Below are positions 11,101-21,809 of a stretch of DNA of 64,000 nucleotides, piece by piece (the first letter of the stretch is position 1; every line of letters begins with the position of its first letter). The position numbers were made by a program, and so were the translations under genes. This DNA is from Macrostomum lignano (taxonomy: Eukaryota), in the NCBI GenBank assembly GCA_002269645.1, contig NIVC01002833.1:31539-95538 (forward strand), written 5' to 3'. Under the pieces are notes generated by a model that saw only the letters and a list, made by a program, of their open reading frames with translations, was not told the DNA's origin and did not search any database.

Positions 11101-12207
11101 GGACAGAATCAGCGGCGCCTGCGGCAAGCAGCAGCTGCAGCAGCAGAAGTTGAACTCCAGAAGCAAAAGTGCGGCCGATTCCGCTGCGCAAGGGAATTCG
11201 AAGGTTTGTAGAAAACTCAATCCTTGGCTTAAGGATTAAGGATCATTGGGCATTTGGCTAATGGGTCAGTGAGCTACTTGATTGGTCATTGAGTTCATTG
11301 GTCATTGAGTTGATTGGTCATTGAGTTGATTGGTCATTGAGTTGATTGGTCATTGAGTTGATTGGTCATTGAGTTGATTGCTCATTGAGTTGATTGGTCA
11401 TTGAGTTGATTGGTCATTGAGTTGATTGGTCATTGAGTTGATTGGTCATTGAGTTGATTGGTCATTGAGTTCATTGTTCATTGAGTTGATTGGTCATTGA
11501 GTTTATTGGTCATTGAGTTCATTGGTCATTGAGTTCATTGGTCATTGAGTTTATTAGTCATTGAGTTGATTGTTCATTGAGTTTATTGGTCATTGAGTTT
11601 ATTGGTCATTGAGTATATTGGTCATTGAGTTGATTGGTCATTGAGTTGATTGGTCATTGAGTTGATTGGTCATTGAGTTGATTGGTCATTGAGTATATTG
11701 GTCATTGAGTTCATTGGTCATTGAGTTTATTGGTCATTGAGTTTATTAGTCATTGAGTTGATTGGTCATTGAGTTGATTGGTCATTGAGTTGATTGGTCA
11801 TTGAGTTGATTGGTCATTGAGTTGATTGGTCATTGAGTTGATTGGTCATTCAGCTGATTGGTCATTCATTTGATAGGTCATAAAGTTAAGTTTTCACCGA
11901 GTTGTTTAAACAACCAAGTTATATCCCAGAATGTGTGCAATCTACCTATATCTCTGTGCAGAGGAACTGCTGCACCTGTTGCCATCTGCTGTTTTCTGGC
12001 TCGCCCAACACGGCATCATCTGAGGCCGCCTTGTGCCCTTCCTCAGAGAAAAATATTTGTCATCAGATGCAGCCAGAGCCCGTGACTTCCGGGTTCGCTG
12101 TAACCGACTGCAACACTCCCGTGGGCCTCTGCATGAGACCCCTGCCCAGTGACAGCATCGCCTCCTCTGCTGACTGCTCTGTTGCCACCGATGTCACCCG
12201 GCTGTAG
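2188..12207 (+). CDS. Adhesion G protein-coupled receptor (GAIN/GPS + secretin-like 7TM), about 1025 aa, 7 exons
   Basis: Exons 2188-2869, 4934-5076, 5714-6059, ~8638-9584, 9981-10331, 10841-11203 and 11962-12207; all phases are compatible (3078 nt). The exon-4 acceptor and the last exon are least certain. N-terminal signal peptide MPPYAILLSIILLL; GPS ...GC...CLCNHL/SSFAVVV; TM3 FCWLLCEG; ECL2 CWLS; TM5 WAFLGPVLFVCAVNL; TM6 LLGLTW; TM7 YLFVLLTGLQGCFIF. Confidence 0.9.
2935..3145. repeat. GACAGAGAGT-type 10-mer minisatellite (aGPCR intron 1)
   Basis: Visible directly; a related array lies at 28092-28390. Confidence 0.9.
3860..4443. repeat. Degenerate GGGATTTCCCT / GGGATACCCTTT ~12-mer array (aGPCR intron 1)
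   Basis: Visible directly; most regular at 4120-4440. Confidence 0.8.
4444..4803 (+). mobile_element. tRNA-derived SINE, ~360 bp, with poly(A) tail and 14-bp target-site duplication
   Basis: tRNA-like head with A-box TAGCCCAGCGG and B-box-like GGCTCGATTCC; tail AATAAAAAAA. Identical flanks AATCCCCTTGAGAT at 4430-4443 and 4804-4817. Confidence 0.85.
5200..5665. repeat. Degenerate ~20-mer array GAGGTCATTGTAGAATATTT (aGPCR intron 2)
   Basis: Visible directly. Confidence 0.8.
6060..7178. repeat. (GACT)n run growing out of the 5' splice site, followed by a CACTCATAGT 10-mer array (aGPCR intron 3)
   Basis: gtgagtgagtgactgactgact begins at the donor at 6060; the 10-mer array spans about 6140-7178. 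Confidence 0.95.
7689..8630. repeat. CTAACAGGTAGT 12-mer array (aGPCR intron 3, abutting exon 4)
   Basis: Roughly 75-80 units with variants (CGAAC, AAGTAG, ACGTAG); explains ORF 7687..8406. Confidence 0.95.
9624..9925. repeat. G-rich ~18-mer array GGGAGTGAGGTGGG(T)GCA (aGPCR intron 4)
   Basis: Visible directly; same family as 16840-17090, where it is reverse-complemented. Confidence 0.9.
10366..10785. repeat. GAGATTCGTCTCAAT 15-mer array, 28 units (aGPCR intron 5)
   Basis: Units align at four per 60-nt line; the unit is quasi-palindromic. Confidence 0.95.
11278..11862. repeat. GAGTTGATTGGTCATT 16-mer array (aGPCR intron 6)
   Basis: Visible directly; about 36 units. Confidence 0.95.
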
Positions 12208-12216
12208 AGCTGAGGC

Positions 12217-12234
12217 AGACAGACAGACAGACAC

Positions 12235-12297
<63 letters not shown>

Positions 12298-12411
12298 GGC
12301 AGACAGACAGACAGACAGACACACACAGACAGACAGACAGACAGACACTAAGACAGACAGACACTAAGACAGACAGACGGACAGACACTAAGACAGACAG
12401 ACAGACAGACT

Positions 12412-12465
<54 letters not shown>

Positions 12466-13290
12466 TAGACAGACACTAAAACACTAAGACAGATATTAAG
12501 ACAGAAACTGGGACAGACACTAACACACTGAGGCAGACACTGGGACGACAGAGACAGGCACTGAGACAGGCACTGAGACAGACACTGAGACAGACACTGA
12601 GACAGACACCGAGACAGGCACTGAGACAGGAACTGAGACAGACACTGAGACAGACACCGAGACAGGCACTGAGACAGACACTGAGGCAGACACTGAGGCA
12701 GACACTGAGACAGACACTGAGACAGGCACTGAGACAGACACTGACACACTGAGGCAGACACTGGGACGACAGAGACGGGCACAGAGACAGACACTGAGAC
12801 AGACACCGAGACAGGCACTGAGACAGACACTGAGGCAGACACTGAGACAGACACCGAGACAGAAACTGAGACAGGTACTGAGACAGGCACTGAGACAGAC
12901 ACTGAGGCAGACACTGAGACAGGCACTGAGACAGACACTGACACACTGAGGCAGACACTGGGACGACAGAGACGGGCACAGAGACAGACACTGAGACAGG
13001 AACTGAGACAGACACTGAGACAGACACCGAGACAGGCACTGAGACAGACACCGAGACAGACACTGAGACAGGCACTGAGACAGACACTGAGGCAGACACT
13101 GAGACAGGCACTGAGACAGACACTGACACACTGAGGCAGACACTGGGACGACAGAGACGGGCACAGAGACAGACACTGAGACAGGAACTGAGACAGACAC
13201 TGAGACAGACACCGAGACAGGCACTGAGACAGACACTGAGGCAGACACTGAGACAGACACCGAGACAGACACTGAGATAGACGCTGAGAA
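12217..13290. repeat. (GACA)n grading into a CACTGAGACAGA 12-mer array
   Basis: Visible directly; explains the SVCL / QCLS ORFs. Confidence 0.95.
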
Positions 13291-13511
13291 AGACACTGAC
13301 ACAGACACAAAAAGTCATTAAGACAGACACTGCGAAGGTGTTACTCACATTCACACATTCTATTTAAAGTGTCACCCCAGCTGCATGATCGTACATACGG
13401 ATTTCGAATATTTATTCAGTTTCCATCACCAGAATCACTGCCAGTTATTAAATATTATCTTATCCCCGGATGGTGAACTTCCTCACTGGCACCCCCGCCT
13501 CACGCATGCAG

Positions 13512-13784
13512 TCTGACAGCCACTCGATGGCTCCGATTTACCGCGGCACTGCTCAGACTGAGGAAGTCAGCTTCGTCACCTCATCACCGGCGGCAGCCGC
13601 TCCTCCTGGTAATGATCGACAGAGAGCCGAGCCAATTAAAGTTGCCATGGCAACCACGATTAGCCTGGGCGATATTCAGTGCGCCTGCGGCTGCGGCAGC
13701 GCAAATGACGGCCAGTGCGACAATGGCTTGGACGAGGAGGACTGGCACACGGCCGACATCATGCCTCCCGTTGCTGAGGCCTGA
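13512..13784 (+). CDS. Possible extra or alternative terminal exon of the adhesion GPCR (disordered tail)
   Basis: GC-rich open frame (SDSHSMAPIYRG...MPPVAEA*) behind a phase-0 cag acceptor at 13509-13511, in a unique island between arrays. No recognisable homology. Confidence 0.3.
   Translation, partial: SDSHSMAPIYRGTAQTEEVSFVTSSPAAAAPPGNDRQRAEPIKVAMATTISLGDIQCACGCGSANDGQCDNGLDEEDWHTADIMPPVAEA
13641..13654. promoter_or_regulatory. Perfect palindromic RFX X-box-like sequence
   Basis: GTTGCCATGGCAAC. It may simply encode VAMAT if 13512-13784 is coding. Confidence 0.3.
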
Positions 13785-13904
13785 GGCTGGGCTATAGACA
13801 GTTGCACAATTTTCTAGCTAATATTTCAGCGGATGCCTCACTGTGGTTCCAGACAGTTCTAGCTATTGCAATTGTGTCTGTCATTTATGTGCTGACACCT
13901 CTCC

Positions 13905-14442
13905 CTGATAGCCCCAGTGTTTCCGCCCCCTCTACCCCTAACAGCCCCTGTGTTTCCGCCACCTCTACCCCTAACAGCCCCTGTGTTTCCGCCCCTCTCT
14001 CACTGACAGCCCCAGTGTTTCCGCCCCTTCTACCCTTGACAGCCCCTGTGTTTCCGCCCCTTCTACCCCTGACAGCCCCAGTGTTTCCGCCCCTCTCTCA
14101 CTGACAGCCCCAGTGTTTCCGCCCCTTCTACCCCTGACAGCCCCAGTGTTTCCGCCCCTTCTACCCCTGACAGCCCCTGTGTTTCCGCTCCTTCTACCCC
14201 TGACAGACCCTGTGTTTCCGCCCCTCTCTCACTGACAGCCCCAGTGTTTCCACCCCTTCTACCCCTGACAGCCCCAGTGTTACCGCCCCCTCTCTCACTG
14301 ACAGCCCCAGTGTTTCCGCCCCTTCTACCCCTGACAGCCCCAGTGTTTCCGCCCCTTCTACCCCTGACAGCCCCAGTGTTTCCGCCCCTCTCTCACTGAC
14401 AGCCCCAGTGTTTCCGCCCCTTCTACCCCTGACAGCCCCTGT
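13905..14442. repeat. ~33-mer array CAGCCCCAGTGTTTCCGCCCC(TTCTACCCC/TCTCTCAC)TGA
   Basis: Visible directly; two interspersed variants. Confidence 0.9.
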
Positions 14443-14859
14443 GTTTGTCATACGCGCACAAATTCTCAATAAGTATCTGACTACAGAGTTTTGAAACATT
14501 TTGATGATCATTGTTAAATTTTTGTACGAGCTAATAATAGAAATTTAAGCTAAAATGTACACGATTAATAGAGCAACATGTAATGTTGATAGTTGGTCCA
14601 CATGTAATGTACTACATGCATAATACGCTTTATAGGAACTCTGCTAACGTACATTGACAGTGCTACTCATTGCCTCTGTCTTGCAGTAGTACTACACTTC
14701 TTGATTATATTCACATTCGCCCATTCAAATATTACCGTTAGTTGCACGCAATTTAAAATATATTGTATTATGTTTCATTCAAGTGAGAAGTTTCTATTGT
14801 GAAGAAATCTTTTAATAGCTAACCCACTGAGCTCCGCCACCAACTCTACTAGACCCGTA

Positions 14860-15480
14860 AACCCTCAACACTCAGCCCCTCAACCCCTCTCAATACCTCA
14901 AACCCTCAACCCCTCTCAACACTCAGCCCCTCAACCCCTCTCAACACTCAGCCCCTCAACCCCTCTCAACACCTCAAACCCTCAACCCCTCAATCCTTCA
15001 ACCCCAACCCTTAACCCCCCAACCCTCAACCCCTCGACCCCTCGACCCCTCAATCCCTCAACCCCTCCCTCAACCCTTCAACCCTTCAACCCCTCAACCC
15101 CTCAACCCCTCGACCCCTCAACCCCTCAACCCCTCAACCCCTCAACCCCTCAACCTCTCGACCCCTCGACCCCTCGACCCTCGACCCCTCAACCCCTCAA
15201 CCCCTCAACCCTTCAACCCCTCAACCCCTCAACCCCTCAACCCCTCAACCCCTCAACCCCTCAACCCCTCAACCCTCAACCCCTCAACCCCTCAACCCCT
15301 CAACCCCTCCACCCCTCGACTCCTCAACCCCTCAACCCCTCAGCCCTCAACCCTCAACCCCTCAACCCCTCAACCCCTCCACCCCTCGACTCCTCCACCC
15401 CTCAACCCCTCAACCCCTCAACTTCTCAACCCCTGAACCCTTCCACCCCTCAAGCCCTCAATACTTAAATCCTTCAACCC
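14860..15480. repeat. CCCCTCAA 8-mer array (G4-prone on the minus strand)
   Basis: Visible directly. Confidence 0.9.
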
Positions 15481-16014
15481 CTTACCCACAAAAATAAATA
15501 TATAAAGACAGCTCACAATTGCATGACCAGAAAAATATAATGCCAAGTAGTAAAATAGACTCTTAAAAATTAAGTGCAGAGAAATTATATTTGCACAATT
15601 CGATTCGATTTTAACTAATCATTTAAAAGTTCCAGAAGAAAGGCACACAGTTCAGGGGTTGGAGCAGCTAATCGGCCTTCCGTGCTTTGCCAAATTAATT
15701 TAAGGCTTGAGCATGAAAATTGGGTCCCAGATCTTTTTCTTCAATTCACGCCCACGAGGCCTGACCCCCCAAGGCACAGAGAGTGTGCGAGATCGTGCAG
15801 ACTGACTGACTAATCAAGATTTAAAATAGTTTAAGAAATACAAATATCAGTTTCAAGAATGCAAATATAAGTTTAGATATTTTTGAAAAAGAAATAACGT
15901 TATTTCGTTTTTAATTTCTTATTTAAAGGCATTAAAACATTTTTATCTTAAAAGGCATCGGGAATTATTTGTTCACAGTTTCTGCAATTCAACTGTAATT
16001 ATCTTGGCTCAATT

Positions 16015-16185
16015 CATCATCATCATTATCATCATCATCATCATCATCCTCATCATCATCATCATCCTCATCATCATCATCATAATCATCATAATCATCA
16101 GCATCATCATCATCATCATCATTATCATCATCATCATCATCATCCTCATCATCATCATCATCATCCTCATCATCATCATCATCAT

Positions 16186-16217
<32 letters not shown>

Positions 16218-16218
16218 G

Positions 16219-16250
<32 letters not shown>

Positions 16251-16545
16251 GCATCAAAATCATCCTCATCATCATCATCATCATCCTCATCATCATCATC
16301 ATAATCCTCATCATCATCAGCATCATCATCATCAGCATCATCATCATCAGTATCATCATCATCATCATCATCATCCTCATCATCATCATCATAATCCTCA
16401 TCATCATCAGCATCATCATCATCAGCATCATCATCATCAGTATCATCATCATCATCATCATCATCAGCATCAAAATCATCATCATCATCAGCATCAGCAC
16501 TATCATCATCTTCACTGGCTTCAGCATCAGCACCAGCATCATCAT
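16015..16545. repeat. (CAT)n trinucleotide array immediately 3' of the CAP-gene stop codon
   Basis: Visible directly; explains the poly-I and poly-M ORFs. Confidence 0.95.
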
Positions 16546-16546
16546 G

Positions 16547-19500
16547 TCATCCCAGGCGCGACAGCAAAGCAGCAGCTGTGAGTCCACCGACCCAGCCTCC
16601 GGCACTGATGAAGCCGTTTGAAGCCGAGTTCTGATTATAGCCGAACATGGCATCAGCAACTGACTTGTAGTCGGTCACAGAGCTGACGCTGACGCCGGGT
16701 AGACCGCCGCTGATTGAAGAGTTTCCAGAGTTGATGGAGGCGGTCAGAGCGCTGGCTGAGAGACTGCTGCCTGAGGCTGCGGAAGCTGCAAATCGTTTAC
16801 GTTGAATGCTTAGCGTTTCTACTGAAACTGCACCAACCTACTACACCCACTCCGCTCCTACACCCACCCCACTCCTGCACCCACCCCACTCCTGCACCCA
16901 CCCACTCCTGCACCCACCTCACTCCTGCACCCACCTCACTCCTGCACCCACCTCACTCCTGCACCCACCCCACTGCTGCACCCACCTCACTCCTGCACCC
17001 ACCTCACTCCTGTACCCACCACACTCTTGCACCCACCCCACTCCTGCACCCACCTCACTCCTGCACCCACCCCATTCCTACACCAACCTCACAAGAGGTC
17101 GTCAATTTCAGCAATCAAACTTTGTCCGCCTACCTGCCCGCTTCTTTCGTCCACTTCCGGCGGCAGAGGAGGCGCATAGACTGTTTCCGGTCGGGGGCTC
17201 AGCATAGACGGCAACCTCAAGGTCGCCCGAGTCAGCTGTTTTAATCGAGTAGTCCACGTAGTAGAGTTCAGCTGAGGACAGCAGAGTTGTGGAGGCCAGG
17301 TCGCCAGCCCCGCTGCTGGAGACAATCGGGCAGCAACGGGCGGGATCGGCTCGGCAGAAGGTGTTGATGGCGGAGGCCAGCAAGGTTCGCAGGGTGGGCC
17401 AGACATCGCGGACGAACTGGGGAAGTGTTGGAAGATAGGTAGTGATCTTTCGGTTCATATTTGTTTATCGATAATCCAATAGCATCCGCCCATTATTTCT
17501 GGTCCCATCCTGCAGCATCCGCCCCCTCATTTCCGGTCCCATCCTAAAGCATCCACCCCTCATTTCCGGTCCCAACCTAAAGCATCCGCCCCTCATTTCC
17601 AGTCCCAACCTAAAGCATCCGCCCTCTCATTTTCGGTCCCATCCTGCAGCATCCGCTCCCTCATTTCCGGTCCCAACCTAAAGCATCCGCCCCTCATTTC
17701 CGGTTCTATCTTGCAGCATCCGCTCCTCATTTCCGGTCCCATACTATAGCATCCGCTCCCTCATTTCCAGTCCCATCCTGCAGCATCCGCTCCCTCATTT
17801 CCGGTCCCATCCTGCAGCACCCGCTCCCTCATTTCCGGTCCCATCCTACAGCTTAATAGCTCAATTTCCGGTTCAATCACCGGAAACAGAAGATAAGCCG
17901 GTTGTATCCCTGATTCCCTCATCATCTCCCCAGCTGCTCACCCCGCCGTATCCCAGCGGCACTCGGGCGCAGCTGCTGCCGGTGCAGAAGTCGAAGCTGC
18001 TGCGCAGTCGCAGCAGCACCCCGTTGGAGTAAGCCGTCACGGCCAGCTGGCACCGGGGCCCGGTGAAATTTGCCGGGCACCGGCAGGCGCTGCAGCTGGA
18101 GTTGTCGGACTCGACGCCGCCGTTCAGGCAGGGCGTGCCGGCTGCCGCGCAGGCACCGCAGGTTGAAGGCGGCCCAGCCGACAGGGACGGCTTTGCTGTG
18201 AGCAAGTTTAATTTAGATGGCCCTTTGCAAATTTTTCTACTGTTAGTAGGAATACTGATTCTTCCCCATGTTCCTCTCCTTTTTCATCTCTCTCTCCTTC
18301 CACATCTCCTTCTCCATCTCCTCCACCTCCCTCTTCTTCCCCATTTCCCTCTTCATCCCCACCTCCCTCTTTATCCCTACCTCTCTCTCCTTCCCCATCT
18401 CCTTTTCCATCACCATCTCCCTCTCCTTCCCCATCTCCTTCTCCATCACCATCTCCCTCTCCTTCCCCATCTCCTTCTCCTTCCCCATCTCCCTCTCCTT
18501 CCCCATCTCCCTCTCCTTCCCCATCTCCCTCTCCTTCCCCATCTCCCTCTCCTTCCCCATCTCCCTCTCCTTCCCCATCTCCCTCTCCTTCCCCATCTCC
18601 CTCTCCTTCCCCATCTCCCTCTCCTTCCCCATCTCCCTCTCCTTCCCCATCTCCCTCTCCTTCCCCATCGCCAATCCCACGCAGCGAACGCTACTCACTG
18701 GAGCAGTCGCTACCCGCATAGCCGACAGGGCAATCGCACTGGCAGACGGGCACTGGCGAGGCGGTCCGATTATCTATGGCCGAGCCGCAGTTTTTGCAGA
18801 CCACGGAGCAGGCTAAAATACGTGATTCAGTTGAAAATTTTGCCTTATAAAGTTTACTGCGCTACATATCGGCGAGTTGATTGAATTTTGAAATTATGGC
18901 TTAGATCAAACTGTCAATCATTCTATGACTCATTATGACTTACCAGGATTTCCTTCGCGTGCTATGAGCTGAGCGTCAGTGGCCAGGCTGCCATTAACAC
19001 AAAGTCCATTTAGGCAGTAGCCAGCAGTTGTGGGGCAGGCTGAGCATGGCTCACCGGCCGTGTAGATGTGGCTGGGGTACCTGCGGCAGTTTGACAACTG
19101 ATGACTTAGCGTTCTCCAACGCTCTTACCTACATCCAATGTCTCTCTTTTCCAACACCCTTACCCCCAATGTGCATGCCTCCCTTCTCTAACACCCTTAC
19201 TTCGATGTACATGGCCTCTCTTCCCTAACACCCTTAACCCTAATGTACATGACCTCCCTTCTCTAACACCCTTACCCCGATGTACATGGCCTCTCCTCTC
19301 CAACACCCTTACCCCCGATGTACATGGCCTCTCCTCTCCAACACCCTTACCCCCGATGTACAATGCCTCTCCTCTCCAACACCCTTACCCCCGATGTACA
19401 TGGCCTCTCCTCTCCAACACCCTTACCCCCGATGTACATGGCCTCTCCTCTCCAACACCCTTACCCCCGATGTACATGGCCTCTCCTCTGCAACACCCAT

Positions 19501-20942
19501 ACCCCCGATGAAAATGGCCTTATGAGATTGGCGATGAGTTTGGTTTCTTGTAAATTGGTTTTTTCAGGTGAATTGTTTCCGCTTTACTGTATATATGAAA
19601 TTTAATCGTTAGAACAGAGAGGTTGGCTTCCGTTAGTTCATTGAGGCTGGCTTTCGTTAAGTCATTGAGGTTGGTTTCTGTTTGGTTATTGAGGTTGGTT
19701 TCTGTTTGGTTATTGAGGTTGGTTTCTGTTTGGTCATAGAGGTTGGTTTCCGTTTGGTCATAGAGGTTGGTTTCTGTTTGGTCATTGGGATTGGTTTCCA
19801 TCGGTTTTATCGAAGTTGGGTTCCATGAAGGTCATTGGCGTTGATTAACATTGAGGTTAGATTCCACAGGGTCATTCCAACGTTTTCATAGATGTCATTG
19901 AGATTGATTTCTATTGGTCATTGATTTGGGCTACCATCGGTACATTGGGATCATATTCTTAAGGGTCATTAGAGCTGCCTACCAAGCTCCCACTCCCCAC
20001 CAAACTCACATCCTGTTGTACTCGCAGAACATCAGGAACTTGTTAGTGGCGCACTCCGCAATGGCGCAGCCAACCTCGGACACTGCGGCGCCCACCAGCT
20101 GAATGTAGTGCCCGCACTGCTTCAAGTTCAGCGAGTTGCTCAGGTCGCAAGCTTTTCTCGGGTAGTCGTAGGCCAATTTCTCCATGAAGAAGAAGGTCAG
20201 GATGTCGGTCAGGTTGGTCCGAAAGCCTTGGTAGATGTTCTCGCCCAAGTTCTGATATGGTCCGTTGTAGTTGTGCTCGAATACACAGCGATTGGCCGCC
20301 TGCTGAGCCAGCTCTTCCAGGTAGGGGTTCCACGTCTGGGGTGTTGAAGAAGAGAAGCCATGTACATTGGGGGTAAGGATTTTGGAGAAGAGAGGACTGT
20401 ACATTGGGGAGAGGGTGTTGGAGAAGAGAGGCCACGTACATTGGGGGTAAGGGTTTTGGAGAAGAGAGGACATGTAGATTGGGGGTAAGGGTTTCGAGGA
20501 AGAGAGACCATGTACATCGGGGGTAAGGGTGTTGGGGAAGAGAGGCCTTGTACATTGAGGTAAGGGTGTTGGAGGAGAGAGGCCAATAACATTTGGGTAA
20601 GGGTGTTAGACGAGAGAGGCTATGTACATTGGGGTAAGGGTGTTGGAGGAGAGAGGCCATGTACATTGGGGGTAAGTGTGCTGGAGAAGAGAGGCTATGC
20701 ATTGTTGTACGCTCGAACGCACACCTGGGGTAGGGAAGCAAAGATGATCGAACCAGATCAGAAAAAGCCAACTTTACCAGAAAGTTCATGTCAGCAGCGG
20801 AGGGTGAGACGGAGCGCCTAAGGCGGTTGTGCGTGTCGAGAGCTTCGGTTTTCTGGGCTGGCGTCAGCACGAGGCCGCTGGCGCCCACAGTGAGCGGCAG
20901 GCAAAGCAGGAACAAAAGCGCGTGACGGCGCTCCAGCTGCAT
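16547..20942 (-). CDS. CAP/SCP-domain (venom-allergen/CRISP/GLIPR-like) protein with two EGF-like domains and a hydrophobic GPI-like C-terminus, about 505 aa, 7 exons
   Basis: Exons 20942-20778, 20335-20010, 19080-18944, 18812-18699, 18195-17942, 17416-17134 and 16785-16547; all GT-AG and phase-compatible (1518 nt). Signal peptide [14 protein letters not shown]; CAP motifs [36 protein letters not shown]....FCEY; hinge [11 protein letters not shown]...CLNGLC; EGF-like [19 protein letters not shown] and [18 protein letters not shown]. Confidence 0.9.
16840..17090. repeat. CCTGCACCCACCTCACT ~17-18-mer array (CAP intron 6)
   Basis: Reverse complement of the 9624-9925 family. Confidence 0.9.
17480..17850. 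repeat. ~34-mer array GCATCCGCTCCCTCATTTCCGGTCCCATCCTGCA (CAP intron 5)
   Basis: Visible directly; about 11 units. Confidence 0.9.
18270..18668. repeat. CCCCATCTCCCTCTCCTT 18-mer array (CAP intron 4)
   Basis: Visible directly; explains the EREMGK ORF. Confidence 0.95.
19110..19522. repeat. ~38-mer array CCCCCGATGTACATGGCCTCTCCTCTCCAACACCCTTA (CAP intron 2)
   Basis: Visible directly; inverted relative to 20340-20705. Confidence 0.9.
19612..19800. repeat. 24-mer array GAGGTTGGTTTCTGTTTGGTTATT (CAP intron 2)
   Basis: Visible directly; about 7-8 units. Confidence 0.85.
20340..20705. repeat. ~38-mer array TGTACATTGGGGGTAAGGGTGTTGGAGAAGAGAGGCCA (CAP intron 1)
   Basis: Reverse complement of the 19110-19522 family. 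Confidence 0.9.
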
Positions 20943-21049
20943 CTCTGCTAATTTTCTAGCTTATCTGCAATGAACTGCATTGGAAAATGGTGAAAGGTTG
21001 GGTAATTATTTAATTGATTGAATGATTACTTGATTGATTGATTGGTTGA

Positions 21050-21800
<751 letters not shown>

Positions 21801-21809
21801 ATAGGTTAC

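Noticed and set aside
18243-18719. Charged (EREMGK)n ORF, and similar repeat ORFs (REVDRD, QTDR, SVCL, THKL)
   Set aside because: Each coincides exactly with a tandem array, and several lie inside introns of supported genes.
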